DNA from: Hypanus sabinus
Lineage: Eukaryota
Length of the DNA: 64,000 bases
Reading direction: 5' to 3'
Assembly: GCF_030144855.1 (NCBI RefSeq)
Contig: NC_082731.1
Span: forward strand, 26,598,001 to 26,662,000
Position 1 is the stretch's first letter; every line of letters begins with the position of its first letter. Position numbers and translations under genes: made by a program. The notes beneath the pieces are model-generated. The model made no database searches, was not told the origin of the DNA, and saw only the letters and a program-made list of their open reading frames with translations. Shown here piece by piece: positions 36,210 to 49,179 of the stretch.

Positions 36210-39000
36210 AAGGCTGTAAGAAAGAGGAGCCGAATTAGGCCATTCAGCCCATTGAGTCTGCTCTGCCATTCCCTTCCCAGATCCCACTCAACCCTATACA
36301 CCTACCTTCTTGCCATATCCTTTGATGCTCCGACCAATCAGGAAACACTAAACTTCATCTTTAAATATTCCCACGGACTTTGCCTCCACCGCAGTCCGTG
36401 GCAGAGTAATCTGCAGATTTACTATATGGCTAAAATAATTCCTCCTTTCCTCTGTTCTAAATTTTGAGGCTGTGCCCTCTACTTCTGGAGGCCTCCACCG
36501 GAGGGAACATCCTCTCCACATCCACCTGGTCCTTTCAACATTCGATAGGTTTTAATGAGATCCCCCTGCTTCCTTCTAAATTCCAGTGAGTACAGACCCA
36601 AAGCCGCCAAACAGTCCTCATATGTTAACCCCTGCGTTCCCAGAATCATCCTTGTGAATCTCCTCCGAATCCTCTCAATGCCAGCACGTCTCTTCTCAGA
36701 TGAGAAACCCAAGACTGTTGACAATACTCAAGGTGCAGCTTCACCAATGCCTTGAAAGGCCTCAGCATCACATCCCCACCTTCGTATTCCAGACCTCTTG
36801 AAATGAATGTTAACATTGCATTCACCTTTGTCACCGCCAACTCAACTTGCAAGTTAACCTCGAAGGTGTTCTGCACAAGGATTTACAAGTCCCTTTGCAT
36901 CTCAGTTTTTTTTAAATTTTCTCCCATTTTAGAAAATAGTCTGCACATTTACTTCTACTACCAAAGTGCATGACCATGCAATTTCCAACATTCTATTTCA
37001 TTTGCCACTTTCTTGCCCATTCTCCTAATCTGTCGACATCCACCTCGGGCTACCTGTTTCCTCAAAACTAACTGCCCCTTCACAAATCTTTGACCCATCT
37101 GCAAAGTTGGCTGCAAAGCCATCTATTTCATCACCTAAATCATTGATATACAGCATAAAAAGCAACGGTCCCAACACCAGCCCCTGTGGAACTCCACTTG
37201 TCACCAGCTGCCAACCAGAAAAGAATCCTTTGTCTCCTACCAATCAGCTTGAACCATGCCATTAACTTTCCTATAGTACTATGGCCTCCTAACTTGGTTA
37301 GCAGCCTCATGTGTGGCACCTTGTCAAAGGCCTTCTGAAAGTCCAAATATACAACATCCACTGCGCCCCTTTTATCTATCCTACTTGCAATCTGCTCGAA
37401 GAATTTTAACAGGTTTGGCAGGCAAGATTTTCACGTGAGAAAACCATCATGACTTTGTCCTACGTTGTCCTGTGTCACCAAGTACTCCATAACATCATCC
37501 TTAACAATTGACTCCAACATCTTCCCAGCCACTGATGTCAAAATGTCAGAAAGGTCTATAATTTCCTTTCTGCTGCCTTCCTTCTTCCCTAAATAGAGGA
37601 GTGACATTTGCAATTTTCCAGTCCTCTGGCACCATGCCAGAGTCCGATGATTTTTTAAAAAATCGTTACTAAAGTCTCCACAATCTCTAATGCTACCTCT
37701 TTCAGAACCCTAGGGTGCAGTTCTTCTGCTCCGGGTGACTTATATACCCTTAGGTTTCAGCTTTCTGAGCTCCTTTTCCCTTGTAATAGTAAATCCACTC
37801 ACTTCTCTGCCCTCACATCCTTCAACATCTGGCACACTTCCAGCATCTTCCACAGTGAAGACTGATGCAAAATACTCAATGAGTTCATCTGCCATCTCCT
37901 TTTTTCCCATTATTATTTTCTCGGCCTCATTTTCTAATGGTCGTATATCCGCTCTCATCTCTCTTTTATTTTTTACATACTTGAAAAAGCTTTTACTATC
38001 CACTTTGATATTGTCTGCTAGATTGATTTCATTTTTCATCTTTTCCCTTCTAATGATTCTTTTAGTTTCAATCTGTAAGTTTTTATAAGTGTCCCAATCC
38101 TCCATCTTCCTGCTAATTTCGCTTTGCTGTCTGCCCTTGCTCTTACATTAGCTTTGACTTCCCTTATCAGCCACAGTTGTACTATTGTTGCATCTTCCTT
38201 ATTTTCCCAGAAACTCCCGCCATTGCTGATCCATTGTCACCCCTGCCAGCATCTCCTTTCAATTTACTTTGGCCAATGCCTCTCTCATACCACTGTCATT
38301 TCCTTTACTCCATTGAAATACTGCTATGTCAGACTTTACATTCTCCTAATCAAATTTCAAGTTGAACTTAATCATATTGTGATTATTGTCTCCTAAGGGT
38401 TCGTTTACCTTAAGCTCAGTAATCACTTCTGGTTCATTATGTAACACCCAGTCCTGTATAGCTCAATGCTAAAAAAGCCATCTAGTGGGCATTCAACAAA
38501 CTCAGTCTCTTTAGACCTACCAATCCGATTTTCCCAATTGACCTGCATGTTGTAATCTCTCATGACTATCATAACATTGCCCTTTTGACTCATCTTTTCT
38601 ATTTCCTGTTGTAATCTGCGGTCCATCTCCCAGCCACTGTCTGGAGGCTTGTATGTAACTGACATCAGGGTCCTTTCACCCTTGTAGTTTCTTAATTCAA
38701 CCTACAAGGATCGAACATCCTCCAACCCTGTCATATCTTTCTACTGATTTGTTGTCATTCTTTTCCAGCAGAGCCACCCCACTGCCTCTGCCTACCTTCC
38801 TGTGCTTCCAATACAATGTATAACCTTGGACGTTCAGTTCCCAACTACAACCATCCTTCAGCCAAGATTCAGTGATGGCCACAACATCATATTAACAATC
38901 TATGATCGTGCAACAAGATCATCCACTTTATCTCCTATACTCCATGCACTGAGGTACAACACTTTAAGTACCGTATTTATTACCCTTTTTGATTCTGCAT
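36210..39000 (-). mobile_element. CR1 LINE, most of ORF2 (APE + RT), degenerate
   Basis: AITESWL (APE), SVAGKMLESIVKD, DVVYLDFQKAFDKVPH and SGVPQGLVLGPLLF, with multiple stops. Confidence 0.92.
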
Positions 39001-39894
39001 CCTGAATGCACTGCTGGCTGCAGTTTTGATCTATCATCTGTCTGCCCTTCCTGATAGTCTGACTTCATGCTATCTTTGCTTTTTTACCATCAGTCCTATC
39101 CTGAGCTTGGAAGATCATTGCCAATCTGAACTGCCTGGGTTTATAAGTGAGGAAATCAAGAATCCAGTTCCACAAGGAAGTATTGAGGCCAAGGTCTTGA
39201 AGCTTATTCTCAGTTGGTGTGCGTTACCACACGATCTGTTTATCTATTCAGTTCGTTCTTTGATTCTGTCCACATGTCTTCTCCTGGTGTATTTTCCTGC
39301 ACTGGCATATTTACTCAGGATGTTCCCTCCTGTTTACAGCATCTTAGTACCACGGTAGGCAAAAAGCAGAATGCTGTATGAACTTCGTACATCAATCAGC
39401 ATCCATGAAGGCAAAACATGTTAGTCAGAATTTTGGGTCAAAACCCTGCATCAGGACTGAAAGGGAAGAGGAAAGGTTGCTAGTACATCTCAAATTCCAT
39501 CTGGATAGCCATTAGTTTGAGCACTGAATTGTCCAGTTTCAGGTAACTTACACCACTGAGTGTTCTCCACCCACGCTCATTACCTGTTCACTAGTTTCCT
39601 TTTTCCCTTGGTTCACCTTCCCCCCCACCCCATCTGATTCCATTTGCCCATAATCCCCTCCCCATCTGCATCCATCCAGCACTTTCCAATCTTCAACCCA
39701 CCATCATTATCCCCTTGTACTACAGGGGAAATCTTTGAAAATCTTTGCTCTTCATTTTTGGTCTCGATGAAGAGTCTTGACCGAATTACATCTTGAGCCT
39801 CCGCAGATCCTGATTGACCAGCTGACATCTTTCAGGGTTCCATCTCTTTTTCCATGTTCTAGCATCTCCAGTCCCTTGTCTTCATCCAGGGTCT

Positions 39895-40500
39895 AACTCT
39901 GGGACAAATTCCGTAGATGTGCAGTGGAGAGTACATTGGCAGGCTACACCATGGCCTAGTATGGAAACACCAATGTGCTTGAACGTAAAATTCTACAAAA
40001 TAGTGGATATGGCCCATTCCATCACCGGAAAAGTCTTTCCCACAATTAAGCACACCTACATTATCACAGGAAAGCAGCCTCCAACGTTAGGGACTCCCAC
40101 CACCCAGGACATGCTCTCTTCCCACTGCTGCCACCAGGAAGAAGGTACAAGAGCATCAGGACTCACACCACCAGGTTCAAGGGCAGCTATTGTCCCTCAA
40201 CCACCAGGCTCTTGAACCAAAGGGGATAACATCACTCAACCTCACTTGCCCCATCACTGAAATGTTCCCACACTCTATGGACTCCCATTCAAGGAATGTT
40301 CCTTTGACACTTTCAATATTTATCACTTATTTATTTATCACTATTATTCCTTTATTTTAGTATTTGCACAATTTGTTGTCTTTTGCACAGTGGTTGGTGC
40401 AGTCTTTCGTTGATCCTGTATGCCCACAAGAAAATGAATCTCAGGTTTGTATACGGAGACATATACATACTTTGATAATAAACTTACTTTGAACTCTGTC
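39895..40500 (+). mobile_element. Rex1/L2-like LINE 3' part
   Basis: Same family motifs as 34010-34690 (CCACCAGGAAGAAGGTACAAGAGCATCAGGACTCACACCACCAGGTTCAAG) and a TAATAAAC tail. Confidence 0.65.
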
Positions 40501-41639
40501 AACATCCAGCTCTGTGTTACCTCTGTATTATCTCCTCTACCGCCACGGGTTTTGGATGCTGCTTTTCTGACAGGGTGCACAAAATGATCTTAGGCTAACA
40601 ATTGGAAATACTAAACTCAGCAGTTTCAACTCCTTCTGAAAACTTTGATCCCACCCCTCTGCGCAACCTTTATTGAAGCCTGTTTACAATTTCAGCCTCC
40701 AGTTTGTTTCCTTGTTGAGCTTCCTGGTTCAACCTTCTCAAGTGTCCATGATGGGCTGACTTCAGACCTATTCTTTGTCGTAGTGCTGAGGAGCAGAGGG
40801 GCTGTCTCTTAGCTGAGTCATTGAGGCGAGAAGGAAAGTTCTTTTCCCCACCTCCCGAAAGGATGAGGAGGATGGAGAGTAAGACAATACCTTTACATAA
40901 GGGATTGAGAGTCAGTTTGAGCTCACTGCTGCATGTACACGTACAGGTGCAAAAAAAAACAATAAAAAAATATCTCAGGCAGTCGTTATGAAATTTTACA
41001 CCAATATCTGGCTCTGGAATGTGTAACAGGGTTCTGAGAAACTCTTCCCATGAGCCTCTGCATTTTCCTGAATATCTTTCATTGGGTGCAGCAGCCCAGT
41101 ATTCCCACTGGGGGGAATCCCTCATGAACATGAGCAGCACAAGTGGGGCAACACTCATATATTACAGGCTGGAAATCTCTCCGATATTTGTGCCGGGATG
41201 CGTTACCCACTTGTTGTACTTCAAAGCAGTTATTTATCGTTCTTTAAATTTTATTATTTTTTTCCACTTAATTTCAAGCCAAAACGTACACGCCAGTAGA
41301 AAACTGAAAATAAGTTATAGACAATGATGTCAACAGCATCTGATTTACAAGGTGTGATACAGAAGCTCCTGAGAACCAGACTGCCCAGCTCCATGTCACT
41401 TCATTACTCCCTTGTATTCCTCATACTCCCTCTCCCCTCCCCACATCACCACTCTCCCCATGCCCAACTTCCCCTTCGTTGCCAACATTCCCTATCTCTG
41501 CCTTCCTCGGCCCCTCCTGTATCCCCCACCATACCCTAATGTTTTCCCACTGTGATGACCACATCTGTCCCTCTGTCTCTCCTACCTGTCTCTGCTCCCC
41601 CATTCCCCATCCCCCCAGCATCCCCGGTGCATTTCAAGG

Positions 41640-41645
41640 TTTATT
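41640..41645 (-). terminator. Poly(A) signal (AATAAA) for the Ig membrane-form transcript
   Basis: TTTATT on the plus strand, about 125 nt downstream of the TM2 stop. Confidence 0.55.
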
Positions 41646-41770
41646 TCCTGAAATGAGCAGTTGCAGTGCAGTAGCCTCGGTTTGTTGAGTGAGTGAGATG
41701 GAGACTCCATTTCCAAACATCACGGCCAAACAGGAATCTCTTGATTGAATGTCGGGTGTGTATCTGCTGG

Positions 41771-41782
41771 TCACTGCTGAAC
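41771..41782 (-). CDS. Ig heavy-chain TM2 exon, coding part VQQ*
   Basis: Acceptor ttctgtccacatttcag, then GTT CAG CAG TGA. It is phase 0, matching the TM1 donor, across a 258-nt intron. Confidence 0.7.
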   Translation of the reverse strand, partial: VQQ

Positions 41783-42040
41783 CTGAAATGTGGACAGAAG
41801 AGTGTGATATTGTGTGTGACAAGGTGCAGCACAGACCTTAACCTGTGAGGACAGGAGAACGAAATAACAGACGGTCTGTCCTCATTCCAGGAGATGAACC
41901 CCATGGACAGGAGCTCTCCCTTATTTTCTGAGGGTGCCTCTAAAGTACTAAAGAACACAATGTGGTGAGAAATAGAAAGTAAAAATTTGTCTCTGACAAA
42001 ACTCTGACATAAAAGATGTCTCTGCTAGTCAATTAGTTAC

Positions 42041-42183
42041 CTTGACGATGGTGACAAAGGTGCTGTAGAGGAAACTGATGAAGAACAGAAAGGCAAAGAC
42101 AGCTTCGTTAAGCGCAGTGACGTCTCCATCGAAGTGTCCCTGTTCTTCCTCCCCGTCCTCTCCTGTCAAGTCTGTGCAAGTTT
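42041..42183 (-). CDS. Ig heavy-chain TM1 exon (acidic spacer + transmembrane helix)
   Basis: Acceptor tttctcaatcgcttcag, phase 1; (E)TCTDLTGEDGEEEQGHFDGDVTALNEAVFAFLFFISFLYSTFVTIVK; donor GTAACT. It carries the CART-like F..F.S.LYST.VT..K motif. Too short to appear in the ORF track. Confidence 0.9.
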
Positions 42184-42682
42184 CTGAAGCGATTGAGAAA
42201 GTGAGTCAGTTAGTTTCTAGTTGCTGTTACCAGAATATCAACAACAGCCCAATCATGTGAAGACAACAGGAAGACAGGAATACAGGAGGCACTTCCACCA
42301 TACAGTGAGATTATAGATTAGTTATGATAAATTGCATTGACCTGACTTTCCCCAGATCCACTAAGATCTCAGATCCCTGAGATTATCCAAACCATTCAAG
42401 CTCATGTTTAAATTGTCCTTCAGACCTGGCACTGATTTCGGCCTGTGGAACTCAGTTCCAAACTTCCGTGAACTTCTTCCAAGTGGAATGTCTGTATCTA
42501 ATTTTTATCTATGCAGCCTGCCCTAAACAACTACAAAAAATTCTCCTAATCTACCCTGTCAGTCTCCCTTAGCAACCTGTATCCTCTTGCTGCCCTACTC
42601 TGTTTGATTATCGTCTCTACCTCTCCACCACTGGGTTAACCTTCTCTGTAAACCGAGCCCTTGGTCTTTCTGAGCATTTCCT

Positions 42683-42855
42683 ACACCCTACAAAATCCTG
42701 GAGGACCTCAGCGGGCAGGGCAGCATCTGTGGAAAAGAGTAAACAGTCAACCCCTTCATCAGGATTGATGAAGGGTCTCGGCCTGAAACGTTGACTGTTT
42801 ACTCTTTTCCATAGATGCTGCCTGGCCTGCTGAGTTCCTCCATCATTCTGTGTGT
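42683..42855. repeat. Fold-back palindrome made of two inverted Penelope-like termini
   Basis: CAGCATCTGTGGAAAAGAGTAAACAGTCAAC pairs with GTTGACTGTTTACTCTTTTCCATAGATGCTG. The inner CCCTTCATCA/TGATGAAGGG pair closes a 4-nt loop. Confidence 0.85.
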
Positions 42856-45800
42856 ATTACTTTGATTTCCAGCATCTGAAGAGTTTGAGATTTACTCTGC
42901 CCTTCTATTCACCATTCAGAAACACTTTCTTTGTTCCTTTTTGGCTTCTTTGTCATTGAGCTGATTATATTTGGCCACAGATATCCCCACTGATTTAATC
43001 TATTGTTATTTCTGCAGTTAAGGGTTTCTGCCGCTGATAGTTCCTCCTCCCTTGCGTGTGTCAAACTTCAGAACATGGCTTTCCACCTGATTTAAACCAT
43101 TAATAAATACGTTATAATGAATGGCTTCAGCACTGGACACTTTGCTGCAGGTCACAGCTCTTCGCTGCCTGCACTTTCCGCCTTCTTTCTGTAAATCTCC
43201 ACTTTTTATCATTTCATAAATTGATAAAAATACCTTTCCCTGTCTATTAGATTTGAATATTTTAAACAGTTGATGAACATGTTGATTAGGAAAGTTCATA
43301 TATAGAGTTAGGTTGCCTAACATTTTTGAACAGTACTGTATATTGGTTAAAATAACAGGGGAGTTTGGGAAATAGAAGTGAGTATTAACTCAGTGTTATT
43401 TGGTAGCTGGAAAAACATAATATATAGTATATTTAATTTTTTTAATAGAAGAGAAATTGCTGAAGGTGATCAGTACATCAGAGAATATTTGTAGAGTGAG
43501 AAATGGCTGACTTATGAGTTGGCATCACAAGAGTCCTCTGGCATTGCTTTAGCATTAGTTCTCTTCTTGGCTGAGTACTGTGCACCTCTCTGGCTTGTCG
43601 GAACTTAACAACTGACTAATGCCCAGTTGCCTTCCTCCTTGTTCCAAAGGAGCTCAGAGATTTTCATCCACACACTTAAAAGCTGGCTAAAATCCTCCTC
43701 TGGATATTTGGTGTATAGATGATGTAGGGATGAATCATCTATAAATGACGTAGGGAGGCATTGCTTGCATGAAAGGTAGCCCACTAGTCCCCTTCCGCAG
43801 AGATCTGAGCAACCTGTCAGATCAGGTCTTGATCTCCAGGAAATCTTTGCAGAGCACAGTAGAAGTAGTTAAGAGTCATGTGGAGTGAATCACTGATCTG
43901 GCAATAATATCTCATCCCTGACCCAACAACAAAGGTATGTGTGTTCAACCCATCAAAAAGATGCAACACTCCAAACTGGATCAGAGTTGGTGTCACAGCA
44001 GCAGTCACTTGAATATTGATGGTGCATTTGATCTTCTGCAGAATGTTTTAGCAAACAACCGTGTTCATATGGTGAACCTTGTAGCAGATCTGGTGCTGTG
44101 AGTAGAGCAATGGTGACATTCCCTTTTCACAAGAGTAATAACCAGTTAAATAATTATACCTGCAGTTATTACTGTGTGTCCAATCTGAAAGGGAGTGTAA
44201 TTATATTGGACAGCTTGGCACCAGGTGGTTATACATCACCCCGTTGCTAATGGACTTGTACCGAGCTATATCCACACATCCTGATGGACTTCTTCTAGAA
44301 TGTTGACAAACAATTGTACTCAAGCTCACACTCTTTATCTGTCAACAGGGCTGTTAATCATCTGAAGCTATCTTTATCGTTCTGAACTCCCCCCCCCCCC
44401 AGTCTTCCCCCACCCTCTCCTTCACTTTCATCCATCTCGCAGATGACCGTGAACTCCTCTAAACCACCAAGAAGCTGCTCGCACGAGGTGGTCAACATCT
44501 TGTTCCTCCAGTTCTGCTGACAGATAGACTTGTTTTATATATCCAAGATGCTGGTGTGCAAACACTGATCCTGCAGTCATTATTTCACCATTCCCTGACG
44601 GAAATGGCCAGCATTCCTTGCTCTGCTCCAGTAGGCCCATCACAGAGCAGTGAAGAGTTTGGTGTGGACCTGATGGATATGGGTAAACAGGGTAGGAAGG
44701 CCAGAGTCCTTCACCAAAGAACATCACTGAAACAGTTAGGTCTATGTGATTTTTTTGCAGCTTCACAGTGACTTCCACTGACAGCTATTTAGTTCCCCTT
44801 TTACTTCTGGAATAAAATAGTGTACTATGTTGTCTGGTTGTGTTATGTTCAGCTAGATATTCTCCAGAGGCTTGGGAACAGAGCAAAGGACAATACTGAG
44901 GAAGTACTGCATCGTCAGACATACCATCTATCTGACATGGTACACAGATGTCCAGCGAGAAGACAATTCCTAAATGAAGAAAAGCAGACTTCAGCTCCTC
45001 CAATCACTGGCTTTTCAGGTGTTTTGGAAGAAAGCAATGAGAAATGTAGTTTCTGACCAAAGAAAACATTTCCTGCATTCTCCTCATCTCGGTGTTTATG
45101 AGGGCCTGTAGATCTATCTGTGACACCGGGCCTGCTGAAACATCGTGGCCCCTCTTCTCCATTTGGATTGAAGCTGGGGTTCCAACAGATTTAAAATTCT
45201 GATGCTGACTTCTAGTTCTCCGGTGATTATGCCCCCTCCATCTCTGTAATGTTCACTAACAAAAGAATTCAGACAATGCTGCAATCTCCAGTTCTGGTTC
45301 CTCAGAAAAAGGAATCCTTTCACTGGTGCCATGCCTTCTCAGCAATTTTGGTCAGTAACCCTGGGCTTATTGTCCATTACACTGCTGGTGTTTAGGGCAG
45401 CAATGAAGGTCCTCCATCTCTGGTGGTGTTCAGCGCTTCCTTCATCATGTCACTAGCTTCCTCTCAGTTTCCACTACTGTCAGTCATGCAAATCCTGGGC
45501 GGAGACTCTGGAATACCGTCACACTCAGATGTAGAAGGATTCTTCTTCGCTTTTTCCATAATAATTTTATTTTATTGGTCAGGGCTGAACTTCTAAACCT
45601 GGAGGACCAGTGGACCACTCTTACTCTGGCCTCTACCCATTGACCTGTTTGCCATGGGCGACCCTAAAGAATAAAGGCCTGACTCCAGCCAACATCGCTC
45701 TCTGGGTCACTGAAACACGCAAAAGCCTCCAAACCCAACGACAAGGTTGTGGTCCTCTTGGGAGGATCAACACGGGAACTTACTTACTAAATCTCAGTGG

Positions 45801-48800
45801 TAAACCCCATCTGTCCTCTTTGAAACTGCTCACTGAAAGCACAAGATATGGTAAGGTTGCGTATCACTCCTGAAGTTCGCACATTCTCTCGTGATTGCAA
45901 TCAGACTAGAAAGCGCACAAGAAGTACAGGCTGGCAGATTAGTTGGCTGCAGTTAATTGTTCCCAGCATGTAAATGAGTTGTAGAATCTGGAGGGGGGAC
46001 GGAAATTGAAGGGAACAGGCAATGATCCTCAGGAAAATGGGTGGAAGTCCTCATTACGTGACTGTGAAATCAGATGAGAATTCAAATTTAGTGAAAGCAA
46101 CTCTGCAATAATTTCAGAGTCAATAACACCAACAATGAAGCATCTATGTTATTCAAGGCATCTCTTTCACTCATCTCCTAGAGAGATGGTTATCTGCCTC
46201 ACCCTCCTGGTTGGGTCTATATGTGTCTCCCAACCCCCTTGTAAATGTTCTAAGAATTGGCCGAACAAGCCATGACATTAAGGAAAGTGCAGGACTGGCG
46301 TGCAATGTTGATCACCCGCTGTGATTGAATGAAGTTTCTTTGAACACGTTTGTGGGCACTTGTCCTCAGCCTTGGCATCAGCTTTGTCTGTAATGTTCCA
46401 CTGAAGCACTTGGTGCATTTTAGTATGAGATTATTTGAATGCAATTTATAGACTGATGTGCAGGGAAGGATTATTTACAATGGCAGTACAATATACATGA
46501 AAAAGCGCTTTGTGATCTTTATCTGAATGGGATGGTTGTCACATATCCATGCTTATCTCTGAGTAAAAGAAAATTAAATAAAACAACGGGAAATCAGAAA
46601 TAAAGTATCGGATGTCTCCTTTTTCTCAAGGTTGGGGATTATCTATGAAGAGAGGTATTTTTCCCAAGTTAGTCCTGGATCATCGGATGAGCAGAAGATG
46701 GTTTGATCAATCACATTCCGCACTGCCATTGTCTTCTGAAGCACCATCGTCTCTACAGGTACTCCACCGACTGGCCTTGCTGTCCAAGACTTGTCTGGAG
46801 AGGGTATCTGTCACTGTGTTATGACACAGGATATCAGGAGTGAACTGCTTTAGCTGCAGTTTGAGCTGATGTTCAGTGTGGAGGGGTTATCTAGCTGGGC
46901 CCTTTCTTCAATAAACCTACTCTGTTGCTCTCAACAGAACTCTGAACAACTTTGTGGCCAATTAATAAAAAATGTAATGTCGAAATGGAGTACTTCAACA
47001 TTCTGTAGACATACAGATGAGTGAAGTTTGGTCAGAATTTGGGCAGTAATTTGTGAAGCTGGGTTTAATCTGCAGTGCCCTGATGCTGAAGACTACCGGG
47101 TTCAGCCCGTCCTGCGGTAGTGACACTGTCTGAATGTCCTGCGTTCCTGGTGAGAATTCTCACAGGGTTGGGACAAATCCCTAATCATGGGAGAATGCTA
47201 ATACTATTTCAGAAGCAGTGTTCAATTGTGTTGAATTTGACCAAAGACCTCCCAAATTTGAGGATACTGAATCCCTGATGTTGACTGAACCCAACTGCCT
47301 CAGGTCTAACCTTAAGAACAGGTTCCTAACATCTTTAATAGCAGTCGCCCGCCTCCTCATCTTCCTTCTCTACCTCAAGTCCCACACATGCTGGATGGCA
47401 GCGAGAGCCTCCAGTAGCTGACCCCAGGGGACAAACCAGAAAAGGGACCTGGTCAAGCAGTGGGTCAGAGATTTGAGTTACACAGAACAAACATAGTTCA
47501 CAATTAAATGGGCAAGTAGTATGGGGAGCCTTATGTGGTGGAATCAAAGATTCAAAGTACATTTATTATCAAAGGATATATGTGGTAAACAACCCTGAGA
47601 TTTGTCTTCCCCACAGACAGCCACAAAACAAAGGAGAACCATGGAACCTGTTCGAAGAAAAAAAATCAAACTCCTCACACGTGCAGAAAGAAAGAAATTG
47701 CACAAATGGCATAAAAATGAGCAGAAAAACACAGAATATAAAACACAAAATCGAAAAAGTCCAGGCTTATTCGGCTCAGCTCAGTGTTTGTTATCTGCAG
47801 GTCACCCTGGTTCAAAATCGCCCAAAACAGCAAACAGACGGAGTGGCCTGAAAGCAGAAAGGCAATATAACGTCAACTAGAGTCCAATCCACAAACCGCA
47901 TCAATTAAACTCTGCCCAAAACCCGGAACTCTAGCACCATCCTCCGATAGTATTGAGGGAGGGGGCGACCATTCGAATGCTGGGGCCTTCCTCCGTGAGC
48001 AGCAAGCAAGAGGGAGAGAGAGACCATCACACTTACACACCTTCCTCCGGCAGCAGCGAGTGAGAGGCTGGTAGACGGGGCTGAACCCCTGCTCGCCTCG
48101 ATCACTTCAGTCTTTCTTGGTGCTATAATTAGGCAGATCGGTGAGTCAGACATGGCTTGCGGCCAGTCTGCAGGCCTCTTGGCCTTGAGGCTGCACACTT
48201 CACTCGAAGTCTCTCGGAACTCCCTCGGAGACATCAAAGCACCAGACTTGATCGCAAAAAGGTAGCTCACGGGTTCCGACAGAACCAGAACCACATTTGA
48301 AAGAAAAAGCTGTAAGTGAAGTGAAAGAAGTAGTTCTGTGAACCGTCTGTAGCAGTGGTTCCCAATCTCCAGGCCGCGAAGCATGCAGGGGTGCAACAGT
48401 AGCCGGAACGCACCCAGCACGTCTTTAAGATAAAAGCCTAAGCTAATTAATTAGGTGCCGCCCGGCATGCAAATGTTGGCCCAGATCAGAGGCGATTGCC
48501 GATTGTGTAGAGCAACCGCTGGTCTGTAGGATTTTGCCCTTGGTCGCGTTGCTTAGTCATCCCTTCTTGTTCCTGGAAAGTTGTTCCTCCTTTTGGAAGC
48601 CAATGGATGCTGTGGGCTTTAATAAACTAGACTCCCAATTACACTCAATACAAATTGCGTCACTTTACTCTTGCCAGACTTCCTAATATTTACCCTGATA
48701 TACAGCGCTTCATAGGGTACAGGGACACTGAAGTGTATCCCATATAAACAGACTGAAGGTTGGCCTGGAAAATGGAGATTTGATTGTTTAGGCAGAGACA

Positions 48801-48941
48801 ACTTCACCCTCATTCCTGGAAATGTGAGCTCCGTATGTCTCCTGTGATTTATCCTGCACTTGATGGATCCACAGGGGACAAGATCACACCCAAAGATCTT
48901 CAAGTCATGAGAATATAGGAACACCATAGGGCCATATGATG

Positions 48942-49179
48942 CATTACTGTGCAAAAGTCTTAGGCACATATGTACAGCTAAGGTGCCTAATACTTTGAAC
49001 AGTACTTTATGTTATGTCTTTCCAGTTACCAAATAGCACTTAATGCTACTGAGCTAGTACAAAGATATGTCTTATTTCTATTTCCCAGCCACCTTTCTAT
49101 TTTAACACTATACAGTACTGTGCAAAAGTATTAGACATCCTAGCTGTATATATGTGCCGAAAACTTTTGCCTAGTATTG
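48942..49179. mobile_element. Two roughly 65-bp Tc1/mariner-type MITEs (48942-49006 and 49113-49179)
   Basis: TIR CAGTACTGTGCAAAAGT(C/A)TTAG(G/A)CA with a spacer of about 15 nt. The second copy is preceded by TA. Confidence 0.65.

Noticed and set aside
43817-44040. Minus ORF containing MRYYCQISD as an Ig-domain remnant
   Set aside because: Cys-Cys spacing is only about 41 aa and the conserved Trp is absent.
44428-44728. Possible highly decayed terminal C exon (acceptor TTTCAG, TLHC-x12-W, and a second Cys about 55 aa later after a 1-nt frameshift)
   Set aside because: The spacing is suggestive but residue similarity to NAR C5/IgW CH6 is too low to support by eye, and no tailpiece follows. 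A C1-set HMM or tfasty search would decide.
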